Assembly (NCBI GenBank): GCA_035635855.1
Contig: DASQAF010000040.1
Span: forward strand, 153,312 to 217,311
Direction: 5' to 3'
DNA: 64,000 nt
Source of the DNA: Pyrinomonadaceae bacterium
GTDB taxonomy: Bacteria > Acidobacteriota > Blastocatellia > Pyrinomonadales > Pyrinomonadaceae
This document shows, piece by piece, positions 48,001 to 57,600 of this stretch. Numbering within the stretch: the first letter of the stretch is position 1; every line of letters starts with the position of its first letter. The position numbers were made by a program, and so were the translations under genes. The notes under the pieces are model-generated. The model made no database searches, had not been told where the DNA came from, and saw nothing but the letters and a program-made list of their open reading frames with translations.

Positions 48001-48038
48001 CGGCGGGCCACCACCCGCCATAGCAATTCGAAAAAACG

Positions 48039-49391
48039 ATGCCAAGAAAAAGCATACTCGTAGTTGACGACGAAAAACCGCAACGAGACATTCTGCAGGA
48101 AATATTGACAAGCGCCGGATACGATGTCACCTCTGCGGCTTCGGGCGAGGCCGCACTGAAATTTGCCAAAGACCGCAGCTTCGATCTCGCGCTGACTGAT
48201 TTGAAGATGACCGGCATGGACGGCATCGAGCTGCTCCAGCAACTACTGGCCCTCGATTCTTCGATCATTGTCATCCTGCTGACGGCGCATGGCACGATCG
48301 ATTCGGCCAAGGACGCATTGCGGCGCGGCGCCTTCGATTACCTGCAGAAGCCATTCGACCGCGACCGTCTGCTGGACACAATCAAGCGCGCGCTGGGCAA
48401 CCTCGATCAAATTGATGTCGAGATCATTTCCGCCTCTCCGAAAATGGAAGCCGTCAAGAAGATGATCCTGAAGGTTGCCCGATCGAATTCGACGGTGCTG
48501 ATTCGGGGAGAATCGGGCACCGGCAAGGAACTGATCGCCCGGGCAGTGCACAATCAATCGCCGCGTTCGTCAGAGATGTTTCAGGCGGTCAACTGCGCCG
48601 CGATCAATGAAAACCTGCTCGAATCTGAATTGTTCGGCCACGAGAAGGGCTCGTTTACCGGCGCGCATGCGGAAAAGAAGGGACTATTCGAAGTCGCCGA
48701 TTCCGGCACGCTCTTCCTGGACGAAATCGCCGAACTGGACGTCGGCATGCAAGCTAAACTGCTGCGAGCTTTGCAGGAGCGCAAGATTCGCCGTGTGGGC
48801 GGCACGCATGAAATTCCGATCGACGTCCGCGTCATCGCCGCCACGAATCGGGATCTGCGCGCGATGGTTGCCGATGGACGTTTTCGCGACGATCTTTACT
48901 ATCGCATCAATGTGTTATCGGTTGACGTGCCGCCGCTGCGCGAACGCCGCGAAGATATTCCGGTGCTGATTGATTACTTTCTGAAGAAGCACACGCGCAA
49001 CACCTCGCGCCTCGTCAAAGGGCTGACCACCGAAACAAGGCGCATGCTGAACGACTATGGGTGGCCGGGCAATGTGCGCCAGCTCGAGTCGGCAATTGAG
49101 CGCGCGATCCTTTTGTGCGAAGGCGACCTGATTACTCCGGATGATCTGCCTTCCGAAGTCCGGCAGGAATCGCGAACGGCAGCGACCGGTGGATTCAAGC
49201 TGCCGCCCGAAGGAATATCGTTCGAAGACGTCGAGAAGAATCTGATCCTGCAGGCAATGGATCAGACCGACTACAACATAACCAAAGCAGCGAAACTCCT
49301 CGGTCTCACCTTTCGCACGTTGCAATATCGCCTGGAAAAGTTTGGCATCCGCAAACCTGACGATAAAGAAAAGGAACCAGCCGAAGGATAG
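48039..49391 (+). CDS. NtrC-family sigma54-dependent response regulator
   Basis: ILVVDDEKPQRD, DLKMTGMDG, Walker A GESGTGKE, GSFTGA loop variant, and [25 protein letters not shown]. Confidence 0.93.
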   Translation: MPRKSILVVDDEKPQRDILQEILTSAGYDVTSAASGEAALKFAKDRSFDLALTDLKMTGMDGIELLQQLLALDSSIIVILLTAHGTIDSAKDALRRGAFDYLQKPFDRDRLLDTIKRALGNLDQIDVEIISASPKMEAVKKMILKVARSNSTVLIRGESGTGKELIARAVHNQSPRSSEMFQAVNCAAINENLLESELFGHEKGSFTGAHAEKKGLFEVADSGTLFLDEIAELDVGMQAKLLRALQERKIRRVGGTHEIPIDVRVIAATNRDLRAMVADGRFRDDLYYRINVLSVDVPPLRERREDIPVLIDYFLKKHTRNTSRLVKGLTTETRRMLNDYGWPGNVRQLESAIERAILLCEGDLITPDDLPSEVRQESRTAATGGFKLPPEGISFEDVEKNLILQAMDQTDYNITKAAKLLGLTFRTLQYRLEKFGIRKPDDKEKEPAEG

Positions 49392-49574
49392 ACGGTGTCT
49401 ATGAACGCAAGCTGTAACGCGGCCGTCGTTCATGAGTATAGAGAGCCTGGCAGAGTCGCGAGATTCCGAAAGTGTGGATATCCACGTTCTAGCTACGTGG
49501 TTTGAGTCGTTCACACGTGCCTGGCAATCATCTATACGGTACACCGTTAGAAAACTGATCCATCGGAGGTAATC

Positions 49575-50519
49575 ATGCGATTCACAGCTCTCCTGCTTCT
49601 GAATGTCGCTCTGTTGGGCCTTTCAGGTTGCGATAGCACGCGTTCGCTGGGAGACCGGTCCGCTGCTATAGACCCAGCCCAATCCGAAAAATCACAAACA
49701 GAACTTCCCAACCAGAAATCCAAGGTGGCGTCGAACCTGCAACCGGTTTCATTAAAGGATGCTGACGCCGCCAATATTGCATCTCAAGCGCTCGAGCGAA
49801 AGATCATTCGCAACGCCAACCTGACTGTCGAAGTTGCCTCGCCGGTTGAAACCCAGCGCAAGATCGTTTCCATCGCTGAATCACATCAGGGGTTCGTCGT
49901 AACCTCTGAATCGACCCAGCGCACCGCGGAAGACAAGACAAAGCCTGAGGTAACCATTAATCTCGTGATTCGGGTTCCAGCCGTCCAGTTCAACCAGATC
50001 ATGGAAGAAATTCGCGCGGTCGGGACCCGCGTTCCGCAGGAGAAAACTACCGGACAGGATGTGACCGAAGAATTCATCGACCTCGAAGCGCGAATCAAAA
50101 ACCAGAAAGCGTTGGAAGCTCAGTTTATCGAGATCATGAAGCGAGCCGGCAAGGTCGAGGATGCGCTCGAAGTCCAAAGAGAACTCGCTGACGTTCGGAC
50201 TGAGATTGAAAAACTAGAGGGCCGGCGGCGTTTTCTTGAAAATCAGGCCAGCCTTTCCACGATCAACGTAACCTTGCAAACACCGACTCAGATCATCAAC
50301 GCGACCGGGTTTTGGTATAGCGTCAGGTCGGCTTTCGCGGACGGAGTCGATGTGGCTGCGGCTATTGTGGTATTTCTAATCCGGGCGATTGTGGCCTTGC
50401 TGCCTATACTCGCTTTGATTGTTTTGCCGATTGCATTAATCACAAGGTTCGTCGTTAGGCGCTTCGGTCGTAGACACACGCTCGTACAGGACGCGGATAA
50501 AGCTGGGGCGACAGGATGA
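49575..50519 (+). CDS. DUF4349-like lipoprotein with C-terminal TM helices
   Basis: Lipobox LLGLSGC, IIRNANLTVEV...VIRVPAVQFNQIMEEI..., a coiled-coil segment, and two C-terminal TM helices. Confidence 0.65.
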   Translation: MRFTALLLLNVALLGLSGCDSTRSLGDRSAAIDPAQSEKSQTELPNQKSKVASNLQPVSLKDADAANIASQALERKIIRNANLTVEVASPVETQRKIVSIAESHQGFVVTSESTQRTAEDKTKPEVTINLVIRVPAVQFNQIMEEIRAVGTRVPQEKTTGQDVTEEFIDLEARIKNQKALEAQFIEIMKRAGKVEDALEVQRELADVRTEIEKLEGRRRFLENQASLSTINVTLQTPTQIINATGFWYSVRSAFADGVDVAAAIVVFLIRAIVALLPILALIVLPIALITRFVVRRFGRRHTLVQDADKAGATG

Positions 50520-50582
50520 GACAATTGCTTTGCTGTCAAATCCACGGTTGATGCCCAGGCGAGCGGATCCCGTGGCTATGCG

Positions 50583-51122
50583 ATGAAAATGAACAAGACG
50601 TGGCTATTTTTTCTTAGCGCAATTTCCTTTGCGCTGTTTCTCTATTCCGGTTGCTCCAAACTACCAGCGAATACTTCCAAACCAGATGACAAACCGACCG
50701 GTCAGGATATCCGGTCATCCGCCGATATCGTGAAGGTGCAACCATCATCGGTCGCCCTTTCCGCCGGTAACACCGTTGATGCGACGGTGACTCTCTCGAT
50801 CTCTGCCGGGTTTCATGTCAATGCTAATCCGGCAACTTTTTCGTACCTGATTCCGACTGAGGTAACCACCGGCACAATCGAAGGAGTAAGTGCGGGCAAA
50901 CCTGTCTATCCTCTGGCTGTGAAACGCAAGTTTCAGTTTGCGAACGAGCCGCTGGCCGTTTATGAGGGCGATGCGCAGATCAGGTTACCGTTGCGTGGGG
51001 AAAAAAATGCTGCCAAAGGTGCGCGCTCATTGCCGGTCTACGTCAGAGTTCAGGCTTGTGACCACGAGCAGTGTTTCCCGCCGGCGACGCTCACCACCAC
51101 GATGGCCGTCGAAGTGAAGTGA
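50583..51122 (+). CDS. Lipoprotein with DsbD-N-terminal (DsbD-alpha)-like domain
   Basis: Lipobox-like LYSGC; SISAGFHVNANP...YEGDAQIRLPL...VRVQACDHEQCFPP matches the DsbD_N family layout as I recall it. Confidence 0.55.
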   Translation: MKMNKTWLFFLSAISFALFLYSGCSKLPANTSKPDDKPTGQDIRSSADIVKVQPSSVALSAGNTVDATVTLSISAGFHVNANPATFSYLIPTEVTTGTIEGVSAGKPVYPLAVKRKFQFANEPLAVYEGDAQIRLPLRGEKNAAKGARSLPVYVRVQACDHEQCFPPATLTTTMAVEVK

Positions 51123-51128
51123 CACGCA

Positions 51129-51344
51129 ATGGCTGAGCGCCTCTGGATTATCCTTTCTGCTTTGCTCGCCGTGGCCGCGGGCGTCTATCTGTGGCGGAAC
51201 AACCTGTCGGCTGCATTCGTTACAGGTGCACTGGGAGCGTGCGCATGGTTCTTGAGTTATCGCGCTCAGTTGCGCGCCAAAATTGTCGCTGCTGAGCAGA
51301 ATTTAGAGGAAGAGCAAACTACTGATGAATCTGATGAAAACTAA
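51129..51344 (+). CDS. Small two-TM membrane protein, unknown function
   Basis: 71 aa with two hydrophobic helices and an acidic tail. Tightly packed between neighbouring genes. Confidence 0.45.
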   Translation: MAERLWIILSALLAVAAGVYLWRNNLSAAFVTGALGACAWFLSYRAQLRAKIVAAEQNLEEEQTTDESDEN

Positions 51345-51882
51345 GCGAGCAATTCTTTGGCTAATTCTCCTGGCCGGCGGTTTGGGCTTTCTTACCACTG
51401 CTTCGCGAACGTTTGCCGCAATGCCTTCCGATGAATCGGAGGTTCGTTCAGCCGTGCAACACATCTTCGATCAACTGAAGGCAGGTCAATACGAAGCCCT
51501 CTATGATTCCCTGCCTTCATCGTCACGGGCTCGGATCTCACGTGAGCGTCTGGTTAACGGGCTTCAGGGGACGCGTAATCTGTATCAACTTGAACGGATG
51601 GAAATCGGCGCCGTTCGCGTTTCCGGAAATTTGGCTGTAGTCGATACGGTGATGTACGCGCACGTTGCCAAGCCTTTCGACGCCGATGGAAAACTGGTCG
51701 TGCAGCAATATCTGGTGCGCGAAGAGGGAAGCTGGCGGGTGGCCACCGGCGACACGGCGACGATCAATCGTTTCCTGAAAAGCAATCCGGCCTTCGCGCG
51801 TAAGTTTCCGATCAAGCGTGGGCGGGCTTATATAAATCAGAATGGTCAGTGGGTCGAGGTGCCGCTGGGCCGGCGAAGCTAA
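51325..51882 (+). CDS. Secreted protein of unknown function (NTF2/DUF4878-like size and pattern)
   Basis: Signal peptide ILWLILLAGGLGFLTTASRTFA. No motif recognised with confidence. Confidence 0.5.
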   Translation: MNLMKTKRAILWLILLAGGLGFLTTASRTFAAMPSDESEVRSAVQHIFDQLKAGQYEALYDSLPSSSRARISRERLVNGLQGTRNLYQLERMEIGAVRVSGNLAVVDTVMYAHVAKPFDADGKLVVQQYLVREEGSWRVATGDTATINRFLKSNPAFARKFPIKRGRAYINQNGQWVEVPLGRRS

Positions 51883-52121
51883 CTCGAAAGCAAATCCTCA
51901 AACGACAATTGCGCGTCGTCGGTTTGCAGATGATGGGGACTGGATGCTCGCGGCACGTCGAGCGCCTCGCGCACGGCGTCCAGATGAAATCGAATGATGC
52001 GGGGAGTCAGGCGCACGGAAGGTATCCGGCGTTTGGCGGCCAAACGTCGCACAGTCGATTCGCTCACCTGAAGAATCTCGGCGAGTTGTCGCGCGGTCAG
52101 AAACTCTTCCCTCTCAGACAT
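51879..52121 (-). CDS. Excisionase-family/MerR-superfamily HTH DNA-binding protein
   Basis: FLTARQLAEILQVSESTVRRLAAKRRIPSVRL is the HTH_17 pattern. Its stop overlaps the convergent upstream gene stop. Confidence 0.7.
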   Translation of the reverse strand: MSEREEFLTARQLAEILQVSESTVRRLAAKRRIPSVRLTPRIIRFHLDAVREALDVPRASSPHHLQTDDAQLSFEDLLSS

Positions 52122-52130
52122 AACCTGTGA

Positions 52131-52197
52131 CTCGGAGTTCCGCGTCCAGGCGGGCGTCTCGTCCTGGTAATGCCGCGCTAAAGGCGGAACTCTAACG
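52131..52197. repeat. REP/MITE-like palindromic element, copy B
   Basis: ctcggagttccgc...ccgcgctaaaggcggaactctaacgg. Perfect 9-bp termini gagttccgc (52135-52143) / gcggaactc (52184-52192). Confidence 0.65.
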
Positions 52198-52280
52198 GCT
52201 TCCTCGATGCGCTATCGTAGCGCAAAGGTTTTGCCACTCCAACAAAGACGCTGTTTTTTCTGAGACTTGGGACTCGGGAC

Positions 52281-52910
52281 CTACTTCGGCACTGGCTTGA
52301 AAGTGAGCGCTACCCGGTAAACCGCGGGCCCATCTACTGAAACATCCTTTGAATCAACCTGTGCTCCGGTGGCTTTCATGGTTAGGCGATACTTAGCCGC
52401 ATCGGGAGGAAGCCGGAACACAAACTCTCCGGTCTCGCCAGTCACACGCGAGTCGAGTTTCTCTGTCGATTGCTCGTCGATAATCCTGGCCAGGTCGACT
52501 CGCACACCGGGCACGCTGCGGCCGCCTTCGTCAAAAACGCTGCCGCGAATAAACACAATCGACCCTTCGTCAACTGAAAGCGTGAGGCGATCTCCAAGCG
52601 AGCGGGTCTTTCCCGCTTTCACCTCGACGCTCTCGATCGAACCAACTGCCAGCCCGGGCTTGCGAACGGTGAGGCCATAGACGCCTGGCGTGATGCGCGC
52701 AATCTGAAAGTCGCCCTTCTTGTCGGTTGTAGTGCGAGTAACCTCGCGGTCGCCCTGGCGCAAAATGACGGCCGCGCCTGCGGGCGAGCCTTTCTCAACG
52801 CGCACTTTGCCCTTGATGGCGCCGGTCGTCTTGTCCTGAGCCACACACACAAACGAAAGGAGCAGCAGCAGAGTGGCCGCCGAGATCAATTTGGTAGAGT
52901 TCATTTTCAT
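52281..52910 (-). CDS. Secreted protein with two carboxypeptidase-regulatory-like domains
   Basis: ORF 52281..52952; the likely start is MKMNSTKLISAATLLLLLSFVCVAQ (52910). GAIKGKVRV...DKKGDFQIARITPGVYGLTV, followed by a second similar module. Confidence 0.75.
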   Translation of the reverse strand: MKMNSTKLISAATLLLLLSFVCVAQDKTTGAIKGKVRVEKGSPAGAAVILRQGDREVTRTTTDKKGDFQIARITPGVYGLTVRKPGLAVGSIESVEVKAGKTRSLGDRLTLSVDEGSIVFIRGSVFDEGGRSVPGVRVDLARIIDEQSTEKLDSRVTGETGEFVFRLPPDAAKYRLTMKATGAQVDSKDVSVDGPAVYRVALTFKPVPK

Positions 52911-53078
52911 TTTCCTTAAGCTGAAGTTATCACGAAAGAGGGCCTCAACCAACGACGAGCCAGAGACAACTGTCAGCCCCCGGAATTCTTTTGGACGGCG
53001 AACATTTCGTATGGACGATGCTTTGAAGGCTCATCTGGCGCGCCGCGTTGTCTCCCGCGTATAATCTCCCCAGGCGTT

Positions 53079-54149
53079 ATGTCATTTTGGTCAAGCTCAC
53101 AACCCCGTGGCTCAGAAGTCCACTTGTCTACCTTTTTGAGAAGTATCCTGCTCATGCTTCTGGTGATGAGCACAATCGTCTTGTCTCTAACTCAAGCTTT
53201 CGCTCAGGATCCTGCCAACAAGGAGCGGCCGCGCAGGGTCTTACCGGCCGAAGCCGAGCCACAGGATGTGATCAAAATCGATACCGATCTTGTTCCCATC
53301 GATGTCACGGTAACGGATGCCCGGGGCCGGCTGGTTCGCAATCTGAAGAAGGAAGACTTCAAACTCTTCGACGATGGGATTGAGCGCGAGATTGCTTCCT
53401 TCAGTGTTGAGAAGATCGAAGGCGCACCGCGTCCGGTGGCCATTGTCTTCGCGTTGGATCTATCGGGCAGCATGACCCCCGAAGAGATTAGTCGCGTAAG
53501 CGACGCCATGCGCGAGTTTTCACGACGCCTGGCAGAGCATCCGGCAGTTTTCGCGGTCATGACTTTCGGCATGCGCGTAAAGACCTTGCAAGGCTTCACC
53601 AACGATCGCGAGAAACTTGATCGAGCATTCGACCGGTTAGAGCACGAGCCGAACGGAATGTCCACACACACCTACGACGCAGTGGACGACGCAGTGCGCA
53701 TGCTGGTCCGACATGCGCCGCTAACCCGCCAGCATCAATTGGTCAAGCGCGCCGTCGTGGTAATCACTGACGGCTTTCCGGTCGGCGACACGGTTTCGCC
53801 TGACACCGTGATCGAACGCGCCAACGCTGCCGACACCAGCGTCTATGTAGTAACCATGCCGTCCTACACGCGCATGCTGGCGTCGGCGCAGGTGACGCCG
53901 CTGCCGACACCGCTGGACGTTAGCGGATTGGTCGAGAAGACCGGCGGACGAAGCATCTATGCCAATGAAAAGGATCTGGGTCCGCTGTTTCGGGCTATCG
54001 CCGAAGAAGTTGCGGCGGCTTATGTGCTCGCGTTCTATCCGCCAAAAGAAAAGCGCCACGATGGCGCGTTTCACACAATTCGAATCGAAGGTCCGCGGGA
54101 AATGACGCTGCGGCAAAGCCGGCCGGGATATAAGGCCAGTAGGCAGTAG
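53079..54149 (+). CDS. VWA-domain protein with VWFA-related acidobacterial-type N-terminal domain
   Basis: Signal peptide; IKIDTDLVPIDVTVTDARGRLVRNLKKEDFKLFDDGIEREIASF (pattern of TIGR03436 as I recall it); MIDAS-like ALDLSGSM. Confidence 0.8.
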   Translation: MSFWSSSQPRGSEVHLSTFLRSILLMLLVMSTIVLSLTQAFAQDPANKERPRRVLPAEAEPQDVIKIDTDLVPIDVTVTDARGRLVRNLKKEDFKLFDDGIEREIASFSVEKIEGAPRPVAIVFALDLSGSMTPEEISRVSDAMREFSRRLAEHPAVFAVMTFGMRVKTLQGFTNDREKLDRAFDRLEHEPNGMSTHTYDAVDDAVRMLVRHAPLTRQHQLVKRAVVVITDGFPVGDTVSPDTVIERANAADTSVYVVTMPSYTRMLASAQVTPLPTPLDVSGLVEKTGGRSIYANEKDLGPLFRAIAEEVAAAYVLAFYPPKEKRHDGAFHTIRIEGPREMTLRQSRPGYKASRQ

Positions 54150-54158
54150 GCAGAAGGC

Positions 54159-54217
54159 AGAAGGCAGCGAACAGTAGCCGTGGATCGTTCCGGGTTTTCT
54201 GCTCACTGCCTTCTTTT
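54159..54217 (+). terminator. Hairpin built from (aggcagWa)n repeats; likely terminator of the VWA gene
   Basis: agaaggcagcgaacag (54159-54174) pairs with ctgctcactgccttct (54198-54213), 14/16, followed by ttttct. The repeat run agtaggcagtaggcagaaggcagaaggcag (54139-54167) straddles the stop codon. Confidence 0.55.
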
Positions 54218-54218
54218 C

Positions 54219-54404
54219 TCAGAACTCATCTTCATCATCGTCATCGTCGAGTGAATCTTCCTCGACAAGGTCCAGCTCGACAGGATCCAGGCCAACAACT
54301 TCCAGTTGGACTCCACACTCTTCGCAATCAACTACTTCGCCCTTATCCACGTCGGTATCCACGTGAACGTCGGCATCACATTCTGGGCACGTTCCGGTCG
54401 GCAC
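54219..54404 (-). CDS. LysW-like zinc-ribbon amino-group-carrier homologue with non-canonical acidic tail
   Basis: MPTGTCPECDADVHVDTDVDKGEVVDCEECGVQLEVVGLDPVELDLVEEDSLDDDDDEDEF. It has CPxC...CxxCG...LEVVGLDP as in LysW/ArgW, but ends in ...DEDEF rather than ...EDWGE. Confidence 0.65.
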   Translation of the reverse strand: MPTGTCPECDADVHVDTDVDKGEVVDCEECGVQLEVVGLDPVELDLVEEDSLDDDDDEDEF

Positions 54405-54643
54405 TTCTGCTACCTCCAGGGAAGATTTCTATTTGTCTGCCTTAATGCTTTGATTATGAAGCAATCAATCTAACCGCAGGGCGACAGATTTTGCAATACT
54501 ATTTGTAAGGCCAAATCAAAACACGCAATCTTTCAATCGAAAAGAGAGAGGTTTCGCGAATAATGCGCCGGTGGCGCGATTTTTAGGCCACCGTCAATGT
54601 CATTGTATTAGTCGTTCTTGAGAACGTCGACTCGCGTGGCCAC

Positions 54644-57600
54644 TCATCTTCGCCGTAAACGACTGTAACCTACGATCCCAACGAGAATTCCCAGAAGCAA
54701 ACTCACCAACGCCTGTGCGGAGGATACCCTCCCGCCAATGAAGTTGTGCGGCTCGGTCGCCGGCTCATCCGTCACTCTAAAAAACTCTCCTTGTCCTGAG
54801 CCGGTCCGCAACATGCGCTGCATTTCCTCAAACGTGAAGGTCCGCGCGCCGCGTCGCCCAAACACAGCAATCTGATTTCCACTTTCATCGACTGCACGAT
54901 CGCGATCGAGCGCCTTGGAAACAGCGAGCGCCTCGCCTTTCGTTTTGAAGGTAGCGATTAGTTGCGGCTCCGGCCTGGGACTAAACCCTGCATAAGTCGG
55001 CATCGTCTCAGGTGAAGTCAGTTGCAGAATCCGCAAACCGTTTCGGCCATCTGCGACATAGCCAAACAGACTAGCGTTCGTCATCGCAATCTTAACTTGT
55101 CGTGTGTCGTTCAATTTTCCTTCCGCATTGTAAATCTGATCGAGCCGGGGTGTTTCCGGTTGCTTCACATCGATAATCGCCACGCCTTCCCTGCCGTCGG
55201 CAACATAGGCATAAGTGCGAGCGACGTACACATCGCGCGCATCGGTTAGCCGCACAAACGCCCCTTCCATTAAGCGCGCCCGTCCGGGTTCCGTCAGATC
55301 AATCACCTTCAAGCCGTCATCGTCAACCACAAAGCCGTAACGAAACTGAATGGCGATTGCCCGTGGATGTTTTAGCGCCGGCGCGCCGATGCGACTGACT
55401 ATTTTCGGGTCCAGCGGATTATCTATACTCACGATCACAAGTTCGCTATCGGTCGTGATACAAGCCTGTGTTCCCGCAATGGCGATATTGTTCGCGCCAG
55501 TCAGCGCACCGTCAGGATTGAACGCACCGTTCGCATACTTCGTCCTGTCGAGTTGGCGTTTGAGATAGTTATTCAGGGGATCTCCATCCAGAAGAGTTGC
55601 CGCGTTGACAACGATCAAGCCTTCGAACTTATCAACCACATATAGGTAGGCATAGAGCGGATGAATCGCCTGCTCTTCATTGACCAGCTTTTCCGGGGGC
55701 AATTGCCGCGCGCGATCCGGATCGATCATCTGGCCATCTGTGGTCATGCGCCAGCGCGCCGGATCAACTGCCAACGTCGAGGGCGCGGCCACGGCGGTTG
55801 CATACTTTGTCTTTAAGTAAAACTTTTGACCGAAGGGCGAGACTGGCGCGGTAGTGATACGTTCTGAGAATCCTTTCTGATCGATTTGCGCGACATCGTA
55901 AACTCGCAAGCCACCTTCGCCGGCGGCGACATACGCGTATTCGCCCCGCAGTTGCACCTGCAGGACACGCGGGTTGCCGGTGTGTTCATAAGCTGTCCGC
56001 AGTTCGCGCCCGGCCTTCACAAACTTCTGATAATCATCGGGGTACGCAACCTTCTGCAGCGTGCTGCCAAAGACCGCCTGCGGTTCGGTGTGCTCGGTGA
56101 CCACCACCGCTTCCAACGCCTCATCGGATGCGACGTAAACATAGCGGCCCATGAAATTCACAAAGTTCGTTCCTTGCAAAAGCAGTTGCGCCATCCAGGC
56201 GTTGTTATCGTTGTTCCTGGAGACGTGACAGTCGCTGCATGTTTTTGTTTCGGTGGCGCGTACCGTGTGCGGCACGTGCGTATTGAAAGTTTGTCCGGAA
56301 AAACCTTCGGCGGAGACGGTCTGCTGCTGCGAGTAGATCCATTCCCGATTTTGAGTCTGCGAACTCACCAGCACCGCGCTCGAAGAGCGCACGGGCGCGA
56401 TCCGATTCCCCGTCACGGTGCCGTCACGCCCGAGCATAAACACGTCGTCGCGCAGGACTTGATAGTTATAGGTGGTGAAGTTGCGGGTGTCGCCGCCTTC
56501 GTTGTGACGGTTGGGCATTTTCCGATTCGCCTGCATCGAAAGATGACAACCAAAGCAGCTCGTCATCCACGACGAGTGGCAGGCAAAGCAGGTCATGTTC
56601 GCATCGCGATGAGCAAGTTGTTTGTCGTCAGCCGGCACGTCGCCCCAGGTCGCGTTGTCGGTTCGCATCGTCTTCGCATAGCGCGACTTCAAACTGTAGT
56701 CTTCCGGATGCGAAGCGCCTGGATTGATCGTATCGATAGTCTGCTTGACTCGCCACCACCGCCCGGGCACCACCATTGAATTTTGGATTATGTCGCCGGC
56801 CTTGAGTGCGATTTCATTCCCGTACTCATCCTTTCGCTTTGTATCGCTTCTGATCCGCTGGAACAGAAACACTCGACCGCCGTCGGGATCGCGGAATCGT
56901 GTAGTGGCAAGATTGCGGCCTTTGCCCTGCTCAAACTTGGCGTCTTTTATGCCGAACCCCGCCGCGAATCCTGACGTCACCAGCGTCGCTCGCTCGCGAA
57001 TCGTGCCATGACAATCGATGCAACCAATCTCAATCGCGGCGCGTGGTTCGTTGTAGAGGATTCCGTTGCCGTGCGCGTCCTGCCGGAAATGACAATCGAC
57101 GCAATGCATCCCCTTCTCGAGATGGATGTCGTTAAGGTGAACCGCTTTCTTGAATCGATCCGGATCTTCAGGCGAGACAATCGCGTTCTTTGCATCAAGC
57201 AAGTTCCCTTCCCGATCGCGTTTGAAGACCTGCCGAAAGATCCAGCCATGCCCGTGAGAGTCCGCAAACTGCGTGCGCTTGAGCCGGCTGTTGAATTCAG
57301 CCGTGCCGGTTTGATCGAGGAACTCCGGTTCAGACCAGAGTCCGCGCAGGCTCGCCGCTTCTGGATTACGGTTGAGCTTTCGCTGTTCTTCTTCTTGCGA
57401 GGGACTGTGCTGCGTGGCCGGATACATCTTGTCGCCGTCGGTTTCGTTGTCCCACCAGATCAGACCCTGGTAAGACGCCACCATGTTTTCACCCGGATGC
57501 ATGTGACAAATCATGCACTGCGAAGTGGGAATGCGACTGGTCAACTGATGCTTGATCGGATGGCCCGATTCGTTTTTCGGAACGCTGGTATCGCCCGATT

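Noticed and set aside
49474-49485. Perfect 12-bp palindrome GTGGATATCCAC between the EBP and DUF4349 genes
   Set aside because: A 6+6 palindrome is expected about 15 times by chance in 64 kb, and nothing else supports it.
51879-52121. Excisionase-family HTH gene as a marker of a prophage or integrative element
   Set aside because: There is no integrase, no phage or conjugation genes, and no attachment-site-like direct repeats around it. The only tRNA is 15 kb away. I treat it as a stand-alone regulator.
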